From contig NC_086108.1 of the NCBI RefSeq assembly GCF_963921235.1, positions 49,788,001 to 49,852,000 of the forward strand: a stretch of DNA of 64,000 nt, in the 5' to 3' direction. Source of the stretch: Mobula hypostoma. Taxonomy: Eukaryota. The translations under genes and the position numbers were made by a program. The notes below the pieces were generated by a model. That model worked only from the letters and a program-made list of their open reading frames with translations, was not told the origin of the DNA and searched no databases. Positions 24,946 to 38,860 of this stretch are shown here, one piece after another (the stretch's first letter is position 1; the number at the start of each line of letters is the position of its first letter).

Positions 24946-27900
24946 ACCACAGATATCTCAATGTTCCCATCATTTCTATTGCTCAACAAAATGAGCCTAA
25001 TTATGGATGGTTTCACACTGTGAATCAGTTTTCACTGTGAAGCGTGACTGTGCATGTAAACAGGCACCTTAGAAGATTTTAACAGTGACCCGACAGCCAC
25101 AAAATTCAATGCAATTTAAGCTCCACCCTGAGTTAAAGAAAGCATATTTATGTGTACTTATCTCAACTACTAGTTGTCTGAAAGGAACTTACACCCAGTC
25201 AAGTAACCTTCAAGTTGCTGGAAAGTGCAAAGTTCCACAAACCAAGTCGAGTTTATTGTCATATGCACAAGGGCACGTATGCACAGGTGCAATGAAGTCA
25301 ACCAGTGATCTGTTGTATGGAAATTATCATGGCATCACTGGTGGCCAAGGATTGATCAGTTGATTATCTAACCAGCTCAGTATTTATCACATAAAGGTCA
25401 ATGGATGTGGCACAACCAGTAGAACTGACTTTCCTCCAGGTGGGTGGGGCTGCTTGACTGAACGGTGATCACATCTGAGTGGTTGTGGGCAGTGAACCAC
25501 CAGTACAGATTTCTCATCCTGTCTCTGCCTCTTTACCTTAGGAGTCATCAGGTATCTAAACTTGGCTTCTCCTGCCTCTCATCCAAATGCCGTCCCTCAG
25601 CAACATCATTTGAAATTTTTCAAAACTACAATTTCTCCACTGCATCTAAATTGTCAAGACTGCTTTCTCACTTCCAGCACTCTCGGAGCTGAACTGAGTC
25701 CTTGGCCTGGATCTGTTCCATTTCTACCAACTCCATGGGTTCCCTTGTTTAGTCTGAGATCAGATTAGATAGTGTACAACCTTTGATCCCAAGTAACAGT
25801 GCCCCTTCTCCAGCCTCGGTTTGTTTACTGCAGAAAATCTCTAGAGTCAGCCAACTGAATGAACTCCTGGCAAGTCTCCTTTGCTCATCTTTCTATAAAA
25901 TAAAAGTTATCTAAAACATTACTTCTGACTTAACCCACACCGAATGCAATTCATCAATAATCCCTGCTTACCAGCTAAGTATTGTCCCAATTGGCCCTTC
26001 TCTATCTATATCATTTCCTCTATTCTTAGAAACATCTGAGGTTCCTACATTCTGTCCATGAGCAACCCAGAAAGGTTAGCATTCCACCACTGATGACTGT
26101 GGTTTCAGCCAACAAGGCCCAGGAATTCAATCCTCAAACACCCTCTACTTCTCCTTTCTCTGTTCCTCCCTGTATCTTCTGGCATCTGATTCTAATTCTA
26201 GACAGCAACTATTTTAGTAATTCCCCTGAGACACTCTGGGGCATTTTTGCTGCATTATGAATGTTATGTAAATGGAGTTCTCATGGTGATTGCACCCCAT
26301 GAGTCAGTATTCAGTCAGGAGATTACTAATCTAGTGACTCTTTTTATCTACCCAGAAAATAACAGATTCAAATCACACAGGTAGACCGTATATAGCTGTT
26401 AAGATTCAATGACTATTTTGATTCATTTATTAACTTTTGACATATCCCTTGCCAAACCCTGTATTTAACATGAGTTGAATAACAACATTTTCAACAGGTT
26501 TTCCAGTTGCTGCCTAGTTCAGTTCAAAGACTAACATGAATCTCTGGGATCTGCTATCCAATTAGTTTAGATTCTAAACTAAAAGCAGAAGTCAAAAGGG
26601 ATGTGCATTATGCAAAGAGTTCTTCAAAATTATCTGTACAGATTTAACCCTAGGCTAAAGACTATCTACAAATATCAGTTTTATTCCTTTAAATCACATG
26701 CCCTCTAGATCTTCCAAGTCAGTTTCCATTTTGTGATATATTGAACTTTGCTGTTAAAAATTTAATAAAAAATCTTTAAACAGAAGTTAAAGTGGATGGA
26801 AATTTATATGTCGGGCTTTGATTGATTAATCAGAACTGCCAGTTAAGGGGCACGATGACTAGATGTGCCTCTCTGGCTAGGATGATCCTGCCCGATAAAA
26901 ATTCAGTCCTGGTGCCCCACTATATGACTACCATCCATTGAATCACACTGATTGGAGGGAATGTGATATTAGATTAGTTGGGATTTTAAGGATTCTGGGA
27001 ATAAGGAGGGACGGGCTTTGTATTGGATGGGACAGCAAAGGAACAAGGAGAGAATGGAGGGTGGAGTTGGATTGTCTAGAAGCGTAGTTAAACTGTGGAA
27101 GCCTCCATTGAAGGAAATGTGGAACCAACGTACACAGAAGGTACAAAACAGCCTTGAAGGCCATTCTCATTCTCTGTGTCAAAATCCTTCAGAATGAAGT
27201 AAGGAGTTAAAAGAAGGGAGGAAGGCAAACATACATCCCTTTTTGGTGTGGACAGTTCAGACTATGGCGTGAATCCCTGATTCTGCATTGGAAGACTGTG
27301 GGACAAAAATTCAGCCAAAGTTTAGAACTAGCAGTGGGACAGTGGAGGGAGCAGTAGATGGCAAAGCCAGTAGCTACAAAGTGTGAGGCCATAATATCCA
27401 CTAAGGAACTAGATTAACTCAAACACCCATTTCTTTCTTTGACTGAGTGCCTCATCTGCTTTGATGTTGTACTTCAGTTCCAGGCAGTCGGTTGGTTAAC
27501 CAATGCTGGAGAACCTACTTCATTTGCCAATGGCTGAAATCTGCTTGCTCACTACCAGCATTATGGATGAAGGCCAGGTACCACGCACCCTTCTTCTTAC
27601 CCCACCAATTTTAAAGTATCATTACCTGTCGAGTCCAAAGAACTATTTAGCAGGTTACCAGAACAAAAGCCACCTCAATCCATCGCAATGAGGTCATGTA
27701 CACCAACTGAGTCTCCCGCATCATAAAATGCGTGCAGGGAGCAAAGCAAGTTGTGCCCTATAAGTTTATTTTAGTGCAAGGTGACTACATTTAATGATTT
27801 AATTGATTGATCAGAAGAAGATAGCTTCACTGAGCTGGTGTGGCTTTCAGCTTCCCTCCAGCAACTGATTTCATAACCCATGCTTCTTCCATAACAAAGC

Positions 27901-28189
27901 TGAAGTGTTGTCTATTGCACTAGGTACTAGATAAGGCCTGGCTTTGATGGACATACAATTGTTGTGACATATTCAAAATGGAGCATGGAGATCTCCTTGT
28001 ATCCCAAGTCAAAGTCAAGTTTATTATCGTCCGCACAAGTGCCTGTATGCACGGGTGCAATGAAAAGCTTACTCACAGCAGCGTCTCTGGCATATAGGAT
28101 CCTATCGGCAGCATTCACAACAAAAACGCAAACCGAACATAAATTATACATGATTTTTCCAAGAAAACACAATTAGAACAAAACTAGGA

Positions 28190-28400
28190 ATGCTGCATTG
28201 TTGAAAGTGTTACTTTAATGCAAAGAGGCTGAATTTACTATAGTGCTGCTAAACAGTGTCTATATTCATCACTACAGATAAGGATGAATTATTAGTCATT
28301 TCGTGCAATTGATGGAGCAAATTTGTTGTTTACAGAGACAATAAGTGACTGCTTCATTGGCTAAAAAGCATTTGGGCACATCCTGTGAGCAGGATGAAGC
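28190..28400 (+). mobile_element. ancient DeuSINE/L2-tailed SINE-like relic
   Basis: gtgactgcttcattggctaaaaagcatttgggcacatcctg resembles the L2-derived 3' tail of Deu-domain SINEs; heavily diverged. Confidence 0.35.
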
Positions 28401-29439
28401 ACAAAATAAGGGTAAGGTTGTTACTTTGAAACCTGTCATTAAAGTTTCTGTATGAAAATGCATACTAAAAGGCATCAATGAGCAAGGGTGCCACAAATAT
28501 CTTACATAATGAGATCATAAGCATGCTATTTATGATTTCATAACATCTTCTGCACTAGGAATATCTCTGCAGCAAGTTCAGCAAAAATGATGATCCTACG
28601 GCTGAACCCCATCCACAAGTCACCAGTCTGCACAGATGCGAAGTGTACCAGGCACCAGACAACAGGTCTCTTTCAAATCAATACAATGAAATATCTGTTG
28701 CTAGGCAGAGAAAGAATCAGCATCATTGCAGTCAACATCTTGCTGAAAGCTCATTTAGACTGAAGCACTTGCTCACAACACAATGGTTTCTCCTCGGCAC
28801 TTTCTCTGAAAAACATCCTACCTCTAATGTGGCAATGCGGGTGCCAAAATATTTGTCTGGTTTTGTAATTCCAAGTTAAAACAGGGATTTTGCCTTCACT
28901 GACTAGCAAAATAACAACATGATGAAATGATACCACAAAAGAGGTCTGTGTTTGACTGGCTAAAAGAAAGCAGATTTTATTTCTATCATCGTAGTATTGA
29001 ACAGTAACGTCATTACCAAAGTGAAGTCTCGGTACGCTCCTTGTCTGTAAAATCCAATTAAACCACCAGCAGACATTCAATTATCTGACATACAATTATT
29101 TTCCCAAGTTGAAATGGGTGTTCCAACTATTTCAGGATGAGTGAAATAGTGACTCTATGTCATGGAAAGAAATGACAATAACTCATTAAAGCTTAGGATT
29201 TCACCTAAATTGTGGATGAATTAGGGAGATTTTGGCTTTTATTTACTACTGATCTTCCATGAGTATATTAGGCAACATTTGAGCTGAATATTCTGCATAA
29301 ATAAGTGTGCTATTTGTAATCAACAATTGAAAGGTTAAGATTTTATCAATTGGAAGTTAAAATTTACCTGTGTTTTCAGGTAAACACAGAAAAACCTACA
29401 CATCAAGTTCACCCTAAGAGCAAATGCAAGTCTATTTAC

Positions 29440-29507
29440 CTGATCCAGTCAGAGGACTGAACAGCCAACTGACACATTGTGAGGCGGTGTCGACTGGAGA
29501 CAAGGCC
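29440..29507 (-). CDS. NMNAT2: NMNAT2 coding exon, equivalent to human exon 3 (68 nt)
   Basis: Minus strand reads cttttgttattaattgcag|GGCCTTGTC...TGGATCAG|gtaaat and translates [22 protein letters not shown](R), matching NMNAT2 [23 protein letters not shown]. Its phase-0 start joins the 57262-57350 exon in frame. Confidence 0.97.
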
Positions 29508-29769
29508 CTGCAATTAATAACAAAAGAAGTAAATATTAATAATAATGCATAATCTGAAAGTATTCTAAAACAGTTACACCTAGATTTTATGTATCAATTG
29601 TGAAGAAAAGGTAAAACTTGCCTGTCATTCAATGGCCATTTCATCAGCATTCCCACCTATCAGGAAATTAGGTTGGTGATTCACCCAAATGCAGGTTTCA
29701 TTTGCCTACCACATTTCACAATGACTTCTTCAACATAATGCAGCTCCTTTTAGTCAGACCTATGCAATA

Positions 29770-30870
29770 GGGCTACAGCCGATGCAATTGCACTGGCTCT
29801 CCACTCGGCCTTGGGCCTCCTGGACAACAGTAATATGTACTGGGCTGCTGTTTATTGATGGCAGCTCAGTGGTCAAGATGACCATACCCTCGGTACTAAT
29901 CAATTAGCTCAGAACCTGGGCCTCATCTCCTCCTCACTGACAATCAACACGGGTGCACCTCAAGGATGTGTGCTTAGCCCACAGCTCTACTCTCTCAACA
30001 CCCATAACCGTGTGGCTAGGCACAGTTCAAACACCAACTATAAACACACCGATGACATAACTGTTGAAGGCAGAATCTCAGATGGCAACGAGGTGGTGTA
30101 CAGGAGTGAGATCGATCAGCTGGTTGGGTGGTGACACAAAAACAACCTTACACTCAACGCCAGCAAGGAACTGATTGTGGATTTCCAGAAGGCGAAGTTG
30201 AGAAAACACACACCAGTCTGTATCGATAATTCAGCTATGGAAGGGGAGAGCGGCTTTAAGATCCTGGGTGTCAACATCTCAGAAAATCTTGGACCAACAT
30301 ACCTCACTATTTTTGTTCTCTTTTTGTACTACATACTTAATATTATCATTAATTATTTATATAAATTATCTTGTTGCAATTTATAGCATTGTTATGTACT
30401 TGTGCTGTAAAACAACAAATTTCATGACATATGTCAGCGATTCTTCCTCTTCTTAGTCCATCACCCTAACTGGGGCATTGCCAACGGCAGCAGCTCACCA
30501 GAGTTCATCGCACCGTCCATGGTGGAGTTATATGTCAGTGATATTAAACCAGATTCTGATTCTGACATATTGGTGTAGTTACAAAGAGGCCAGTGGCAAA
30601 ACTTCGTTTGGAGTTTGAGTAGATTTGGCATGTCCGGAAAGACTCGAGAAACTTCTACAGATGTACCATGGAGAGCATTCGAATTGGTTGCATCACCGTC
30701 TGGAATGGAGGGGCCACTGCACAGTGTTGGAAAGAGCAGCAGATTTTAACCTCAGCCAACTCCATAATGGACACTAGCCTTCCTACCACTGAGGAAATCC
30801 TCAAAAGGCGATGCCTCAAAAAGGCAGTGCCCATCATTAAGGACTACAGTACCACCACTACTATATAGAC
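29770..30870 (+). mobile_element. cluster of rearranged Rex1/Babar fragments
   Basis: GAPQGCVLSP coding DNA, FKILGVNISENL, MESIRIGCITVWNGG. Confidence 0.75.
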
Positions 30871-31478
30871 AGAAAGTGTGATCAGGTTGGGGATAAGCAG
30901 CAGATTGCACTTGGTTGGAGGATGAATCAGGATCAGAATTAGGTTTATGATCACTTCCCCAACCTGATCGCACTTTCCATCACCCGCACCCCCATTCCCA
31001 CTGCCAGCCCAATTCTGCCTCATTTCCAGACTCTTTGCAGCTCCTGGTATCACTCTGAGACTTACTTCCCGGTCTGATAGGCCTGCTTCATATCATTTTT
31101 GAAATTTCCCTTCTTTTTCTAACTCACACCCTCCCCAACCAATTCCTGCTCTTATTTCTCCCAACACCTGCAATTTCTCCCCTACACCACTTGGCTTCCC
31201 CAGACATTCTTTCCATCTTCCCTCAAAATAGGATCCATTCCCAAAGATCAGAGTATGCATCACCTTGTAGCTACATGCACAGGTAGCCAAAACGACCAAG
31301 GTGGAGTTTTAACTGGAACTAAACCATTTTCTTAAAATAAGTTTGGCCCTAATTTGTAATCTTATGGGTGACTTATGATCTGATGTTAGAGCACCCATTT
31401 AGCATGGCAAAAATATACCTGACACCGAATTTTTAGGATATGTGATGAGCATGAAGGCTGCAAATAACAGATTATAGA

Positions 31479-31713
31479 CAAACAACACACATAAAAGTTG
31501 CTGGTGACTAGGAAGAGGTACAGTCGATGTTTCGGGCCAAGACCCTTCATCAGAACTAACTGAAAGAAGAGCTAGTAAGAGATTAGAAAGTGGGAGGGGG
31601 AGGGGGAGATCCGAAATGATAGGAGAAGACAGGAGGGGGAGGGATGGAGCCAAGAGCTGGACAGGTGATTGACAAAAGGGTTATGAGAGGATCATGGGAC
31701 AAGAGATTGGCAA
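31479..31713 (-). mobile_element. Penelope pLTR fragment (subfamily A) with near-intact hammerhead
   Basis: 13-bp TSD AACAGATTATAGA (31466-31478 / 31714-31726). Minus strand gttagttCTGATGAagggtcttggcccGAAAcatcgactg. Confidence 0.8.
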
Positions 31714-34700
31714 AACAGATTATAGAGCTGTTTCTTAATTTTGAATTGTATTAAACTGACTTCATGCTATTAAATGCTGGGTATGATTTTTGTTTATTGC
31801 TTAATAATCATGTTTTAGTAAGAAAATAAACACCTGGCTCATTTCCTCCCCCACAATAGCTCCCTGCAGACCAGAAAACATACAGCAGCTTTCAAACCAT
31901 CTACCTGCAGACTGGAAAGAAAGGATGCTACCAATAATCCAAAGGTTTGCCCTACTACAATAGTTATGGTACAGCACAATAGTGATTATTGGTTACAGTT
32001 TCATGAATGTCATAATAACTATAGGTTACTGCAGTTATATAGTGCACAAACTTAGTGGAATATAATAGAGGATGGGGATCACTGTGACTACTAGTAGAGA
32101 TTCAATCTCCAGTTTCCACTAACGTCACAGCAACATTGTCCATTCATTTTAAAACAGTCTTTCCTCGGCTCCCTCCATAGACGCTGCTTGACTTGCTGCC
32201 TGTTGCTCAAGATTTCTAGCATTTGCAGAATCTCTTATGTTTATGTTTTTATATATTATTATTTTAATCACCCCTTTCAAATCACACCTCAACCTCCTCA
32301 GTCTAATGAAAATTGATCTAAATCTTTCAAGATTCACTTCATTTATTTTTATTTTATCGCATCAGGCAATATGCCAATGAGGTGGAGCTGAGCCCTCCAT
32401 TGCCTCAACAATCCAGCCATCATGTAAACCCGGAGAAACACTTTGTGCTCCCAAATGAAATCTCATTAAGCTTTTATATAGTTCACCATTACATTATTTG
32501 TTTTATATTTGTGTGCAGAAGAATCAGAAGGGGAAGGGTACATGGCCCCTTGAATCAGGTTAACTGTTGTGTACTTAATATTTAAGTAATGTTTGAGTAA
32601 TCTTGTTCATTTAAATAATTAATTATGGGTTGTATGCATAAATACGTGAATTGCATACATATCATGCCGCCACATGATACATGAGTGCCTCGCACATACA
32701 CGTGTGTAAACTCGAAGTTAGACCCACATTTCAGACTCGTGTCATCTTTTGAATTAGTTTAATGTTTTGAAGTTCCAAAACATAACATTGGCAGCGAAGT
32801 ATTTTTAAAACAAACCCAAGACGGCTACTGACCTGTTGAAGCACAGTAAGACATTTGAATTTAAAAGAACAGTGTGGAACAGTCAAATTTTATAAACAGC
32901 ACAGCACGTGTAAAGATGGGCTGAGTTTTAAAAAAAAGCAGCACAACACATTTTTTCGGAAGGGAAGACACAATCCTGTTTTTTTTAAGTGTCAGAAAGA
33001 TGGCATCAGAGTGTGACTTCTCCCAGCTCATCATCAAAACAGTTAAATTCTTCCTATTCTAATGTGATAATTTTCCTTTTCCGGGTGACTGGGGTCCTAT
33101 CAGGATCTTTGATCTACAGTGGCACTCAAAAACTGTGGCTCTTGGAGCTCACCGATCAGCGCATTTCAGTATGTCCAACTGCAGCCTGAATTTGCGCGAC
33201 TTTGAGTCATGCACTGCCCTGTGGACACAAATTCTCGCTGGTGTCACAAACTGAAGTGTAGCAGAAGCCAGAACATTGAATACAATGACAGCGGCTGTTG
33301 GAGGGTTCTGCACTCGGGACCGATCACACACTCTCTCTCTCTCTCTCTCGATGGTGAGGGAGAGTTTGCTGCTGATTCTTGAGTCGAAAAACTCGAAGTA
33401 AAAAGCAAACAGTTCAGACTGACTGTAACATCGAAATAGTGACCGTTTCTCTCCCCTCTTGCAGTGGGTGCAACGATATCTGTCTCTCTCTTGTTAGTGC
33501 GAGAGAGAGCCTGTGGGATGTCGAAATGTTGGAAGAACAGTTACTTTTTTGATGTACTGTAGCCTATGGTCTCTCTTTGGGGGCTTTGCTGTTGCTTGCA
33601 TGATGGGTGGTGGGAATGCTGATGTTTTATGCTAGAATATGTGTGGAGGAGGGGGAAGGTTGTTGCTTTTGCTGCTGGTGCGTGGGAGGGTGCTGGGGGC
33701 TTTAGGTTCTTACATTTTTTCTATCATTTATTCTTTGGGGTTTTCTTCTGCTTTGAGGATGTCTGCAGAGAATAAGAATTTCAGGTTGTAATACATTCTC
33801 TGATACTAAAAGGAACTATTGAACTATCGAAAATGGAAGAATTCATGGGTCCTTAAAAAGTGAGTACTGGATGATAATGAACATTAAAAAAAGAATAGAA
33901 ATGACTGCCTACATTAGAAAAATTTACACATTTGATTACACAAAAGATAACTGGAATATGTATACTGAGCTAATTCAACAATATTTTGGCTATTTCATTT
34001 GCTTCAATGAGAAACAAGTGGCAATTTTGCTGAGTGCATTGGGTTTAAAGGCATACAGATTGCTTCAAAGTTTGACTACTCCAACCAAATCAACAGAAAT
34101 AAGTTTTGCTGATATTGTCAAAGTAATGCAAAAACACTTACAACTGAAGCCATTGTTGATTGCAGAATGATTTAGGTTTCGTAAGTGAAATGAAAAGGAA
34201 GAGGAGTCCATTTCAGCATACATGGCTGAATTGAAGAGACTGTTTGAGCATTGTCCATTCAGTAATGGTCTTAATGATGCACTGAGAGATCATTTAGTTT
34301 GTGGAATCCTTCAAGTAAGCATTCAAAAATGGCTCCTAACTGAAGCACAACTTACATTTAAAAGAGCAGTTGAAATCACTATTTCAATGGAAACCGCACT
34401 CAGAGATACAATTGAGTAGCAGTTAGGAATGAAAGTGGGCCTATATAAAATTGATGCGTCTAAACAGAAAACAGCCTGGCCAAACAAATTGCGTTAATGT
34501 TGTAACAGGAACTCACATACACCAAATAACTGCAGATTTAAAGTTGAAACTTACAGGAAGTGCAACAAAGTAGATCACACACAAACAGCATGTCAGCCAG
34601 ACAAAAATAAATGGACTGCACAGGGAAGAGGAAAAGATTTTTAAAAATCAAGTTTCAAAGTGCATTTATTATCAAAGAATATATAAATTATACAACCTTG

Positions 34701-34908
34701 AGGTTGTTTGCTTATAAGCAGTCACTAAACAAGGAGCCTGAATGAAGCAATTAAAAAACATAAGACCAACTCCTAGTGCCCACAGAGAAAGAGAAAAATA
34801 ACAAATCACACAAACAAAAGAAGCAACCAACATAACAGCATTCTGAACCAAATTGAGTCCTTAGATCGAAATCCCAGGAGCAACTTGGAGTAGGCCCAAA
34901 GACTATAT

Positions 34909-35225
34909 GTAAGTAAGGCATCCGTTAGTCTTGCGAGACCATGGATCTGCACCTGGAAAGTCTTCACTCTCCAGGGCGCAGGCCTGGGCAAGGTTGTATG
35001 GAAGACCAGCAGTTGCCTATGCTGCAAGTCTCCCCTCTCCACGACACAGATGTTGTCCAAGGGAAGGGCATTAGGACCCATACAGCTTGGCACCAGTGTC
35101 GTCGCAGAGCAATGTGTGATTAAGTGCCTTGCTCAAGGACACAACACGTTCCCTCAGCTGGGGCTCAAACTCATGACCTTCAGGTCGCTAGTCCAATGCC
35201 TTAACCACTTGGCCACGTGCTCACA
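34909..35225 (-). mobile_element. tRNA-derived SINE
   Basis: Minus strand begins with A box TGGCCAAGTGG and B-box-like GAGTTTGAGCC, then gtgtccttgagcaaggcactt. 12-bp TSD caaag(a/g)ctatat. Second copy at 48633-48940. Confidence 0.8.
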
Positions 35226-35240
35226 CAAAGGCTATATATA

Positions 35241-36852
35241 CAGTGCCTATAAAAGTTATTCACCCCCCTCCCTTGGAAGTTTTCATGTTTTATTGTTTTA
35301 TAGCATTGAATCAGAGCGGATTTGATTTGGCTTTTTGACACTGATCAACAGAAAAAGACTCTTTTGTGTAAACATGAAAACAGATCTCTACAAAGTGATC
35401 TGAATTAATTACAAATATAAAATACAAAATAATTGATTGCATAAGTGTTCACCCCTTTCAAGTTAGTATTTAGTAGATTCACCTTTGGCAGCAATTACAG
35501 CCTTGAGTCTATGTGGGTAGGTCTCTATCAGCTTTGCACATCTGGACACTGTAATTTTTCCCCATTCTTCTTTACAAAACTGCTCATGCTCTGTCAGATT
35601 GCATGGGGATCATGAGTGAACAGCTTTTTTCAAGTCCAGTCACAAATTCTCAATTGGATTGATGTCTGGACTCTGACTTGGCCACTCCAGGACACTAGCT
35701 TTGTTGTTTTTAAGCCATTCCTGTGGCTTTATGCTTGGGGCCATTGTCTTGCTAGAAAACAAATCTTCTCCCAGGTCACAGTTACCTTGCAGACTGCTTC
35801 AGGTTTCCTCCAGGATTTCCCTGTATTTTACTACATTCATTTTACCCTCTTCCTTCACAAACCTTCCAGGGCCTGCTGTAGTAATACATTCCCACAGCGT
35901 GATGCAGTCACAACCATACTTCACTGATGTGTTTTTGATGATGTGCTCTGTTTGGCTTATGCCAAACATTGTATTTAGTCTGATGGCCAAAAACCTCAAT
36001 TTTGGTTTCATCAGACCATAGAACCTTCTTCCAGCTGACTTCAGAGACACCAATATGCCTTCTGGCAAACTCTAGCCAAGATTTCATGTTAATTTTTTTC
36101 AACAGTGTCCTTCTCTTTGCCACTCTCCCATACAGCTGTGACCGGTGAAGCATCCGGGCAACAGTTGTATGCGCAGTTTCTCCCATGTCAGCCACTGAAG
36201 TTTGTAACTCCTTCAGAGATGTCACATGTCTGTTGATAGCTTCCCTCAATAGTCCCCCTCTTGCTTGGTCACTCAGTTCTTGAGGACAGCCTGCTCTAGG
36301 CAGATTTACAGCTATGCCACATTCTTTCCATTTCTTGCTGATTGACTTAACTGTACTCCAAGGGATATTCAGTGACTTGCAAATGTTCTTGTATCCATTT
36401 CCTGACGTGCTTTTCAATAACTTTTTTGCAGAGTTGCTTGGAGTGTTCTTTGGTGTAGTTTTTGTCAGGATACTGACTCATCAGCAGTTGGACCTTTCAG
36501 ATACAGGTGTAGTTTTACTACAATCAATTGAAACACCTTGACTACACAAGGTCTCCTAAAACAGATCTCCATTTAACTAATTACGTGACTTCTAAAATCA
36601 GTTGGCTGCACCAGTGATGATTTGGGGTGTCATATTAAAGGAGGTGAATACACTATGCAATCAATTATTTTATGTTTTATATTGTAATTGATTTAGATCA
36701 CTTTGTGTAGATTTGTTTTCACTTTGACATGAAAGATTATTTATCTGTTGATCTGTGTCAAAAAAGCCAAATTAAATCCACTGTGATTCAATGTTGTAAA
36801 ACAATAAAACATGAAAATTTCAAGGGGAGCTTAATACTTTTTATGGGTACTG
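35241..36852 (-). mobile_element. Tc1-family DNA transposon (long IR/DR-type TIRs), decayed transposase
   Basis: TA|CAGTG...ACTG|TA ends, with TIRs of about 215 bp containing inner and outer direct repeats. ORF 35908-36417 has a paired-like HTH and WKKVLWSDETKIEVFG. Confidence 0.92.
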
Positions 36853-37334
36853 TAGTTACTTATTTATATATGTTGATTAGGTATTCTTGTTCATTTCACT
36901 ACCGGTCATATGTATAAAAACGTGAATTGCATACATCATCATGCTACCATGTGATACGTGCATGCCTTGCTTAAAGTAAACTTGAAGTTAGACTCCTGTG
37001 CCTCCCTTTAAATTAGTTTAATCTTTCAAAGTTACAAAAACATGACATTAGCAATTTTACAGATTACAACTGATCCTAAGCTTCAACTTTCCTGCCTAGG
37101 TTTTTTAGCATTCCATGAGTTTTTTTTAATATTGAAAAATCTATCAGTTTCTGTGTTGAACATACTGATTGATAACTCAGTCTTTTGGAGTATCCTAATG
37201 ATTCACATGTGTTGATTAAAGAAGCCAACAAGATACCTCTTTCCAATGCAAACCACCTCTACTTTTGACCATAAAACCCAATATCCAAATTGTTTTGTTT
37301 ATGATCCAGAAGTAGGAGGAAATAAAAAAAGATT

Positions 37335-37765
37335 AAGACCATAAGGCCATAGACCATAAGTCATAGGAGCAGAATTAGGCCATTTGGCCCATTGAGTATG
37401 CTCCACCATTGAATCATGGCTGATATTTTTCTTCCCCCACCCCACCCCATTCCCCAGACCTTCTTACTGTAACCTTTCATGCTGCGTCCAGTCAAGAATC
37501 TCTGCCTTAAATACACCCCACCCACGACCTGGCCTCTACAGCTGGGTGTGGTAACAAATTCCACCAATTCATCACCACCAGGCTAAAGAAACTTCTCCGC
37601 ATCTCTGTTTTAAATGGATGCTATCCTGAGGCTGTGCCCTCTTGTCCTAGACTCCCTCACCATAGGAAACATCCCTTCCACATCTACTCTGTCTAGCCTT
37701 TCAATATTCAAAAGGTTTCAATGAGATTCCCCACTCCTTCTAAATTCCAGCGAGTACAGACCCAA
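37335..37765 (-). mobile_element. CR1 LINE 3' end
   Basis: (agaccata)n tail on the plus strand and typical CR1 3' UTR stem-loop region. Confidence 0.7.
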
Positions 37766-38026
37766 ATTAAGAAAGTCTTGAAGAAAAGCTGGGGCTATTT
37801 TCATTAGAGCTGAGGAGATTAAGGTCCTGATGAAGAGTCTCAGCCTGAAATGGTGACTGTTTACTCTTTTCCATTGATGCTGCCTGGCCCGCAGAGTTCC
37901 TCCAGCACTTCATGTGTATAGGGTCTGATAGAGATAATTAAAGTAATAATGCTGTGGGAAAGAGCATGTTAGATGGGTCAATAATTCTGTTTAAGATAAT
38001 GATGGAAACCTGGTGATTAAGCTATA

Positions 38027-38860
38027 AAAACAAAATATTCTGTAGTTGCTGGAAATCCAGAGTAATATACACAAAATGCTGGTAGAACTGAGCAAGTCAG
38101 GCAGCATCTACGAAGGGGAATAAATAATCAGTGTTTTGGGCTGAGACATATCATCAGGATGGAAAAGAAGTCGGGGGGGGGGGAGTGAGGCAGAAGCCGG
38201 AATAATAAGGTGGGAGGGGAATAAGTACAAGCTGGAAAGTGATAGGGGAGGCCAGGTGAGGGAAAAGTGGGTGGGTGGGAGAATTAAGTTAGAAACTGGG
38301 AAAGATTAGGTAGAAGAGATAAAAGGTTGAGGAAGAAGAAATCTAATAGGAGAGGACAATGGACCACAGAAAAACAGAAATGAGAAGGACGAGGAGAACC
38401 AGAGGAATGTGATGGACAGGCGAGGGGTGAGAGGGTAACCAGAATGGAGAATGGAAAAAGAGAGAAGTGGGGAGGAGAGAGTAATTACCAGATGCTAGAG
38501 GGATCAATGCTTATGCTGTCAGGTTGGAGGCTACCAAGGCAGAATATGAGGTGTTGCTTCTCATATGAGGATTGTTCTTATTGTGGAGGTAGAGACAATG
38601 GACACACAAGTCAGAATGGGAATGGGAAGCTGAATTGAAATGGCAGCCACTGGCAGATCCTTTCTTTAGCAGTAGACAGCGCTCGATAAAGCAATCCCCC
38701 AATCTGTGTTGAGTCTCACAGATGTAGATGCAGCCACACTGGGAGCACCAGATACAACGGACTCACAGGCGAAGTGCTGCCTTACCGGGAAGGTCTATTT
38801 GGGGTCCTGAATGGTGATGAGGGAGGAGGTGTAGGGACAAGTGTAGCACTCGTTGTGCTT
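38027..38860 (-). mobile_element. decayed Penelope-like element (GIY-YIG and pLTR)
   Basis: Reverse complement resembles 24200-24940; ORF 38511-38702 has GDCFIE...HFNSASHSHSDL. Confidence 0.75.

Larger units (their letters stand above)
32565..37047 (+). mobile_element. Gypsy LTR retrotransposon relic (5' LTR 32565-32787, gag about 33900-34620, partial 3' LTR 36855-37047) with nested insertions
   Basis: TGTTGTG...CATAACA followed by PBS-like tTGGCAGCGA. Gag pieces LLSALG.KAY.LL..L..P, LKPLLIAE, LRDHLVCG, LTFKRAVEI. A homologous LTR ends CATGACA. Flanks ttaac / ttagc. Confidence 0.8.
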
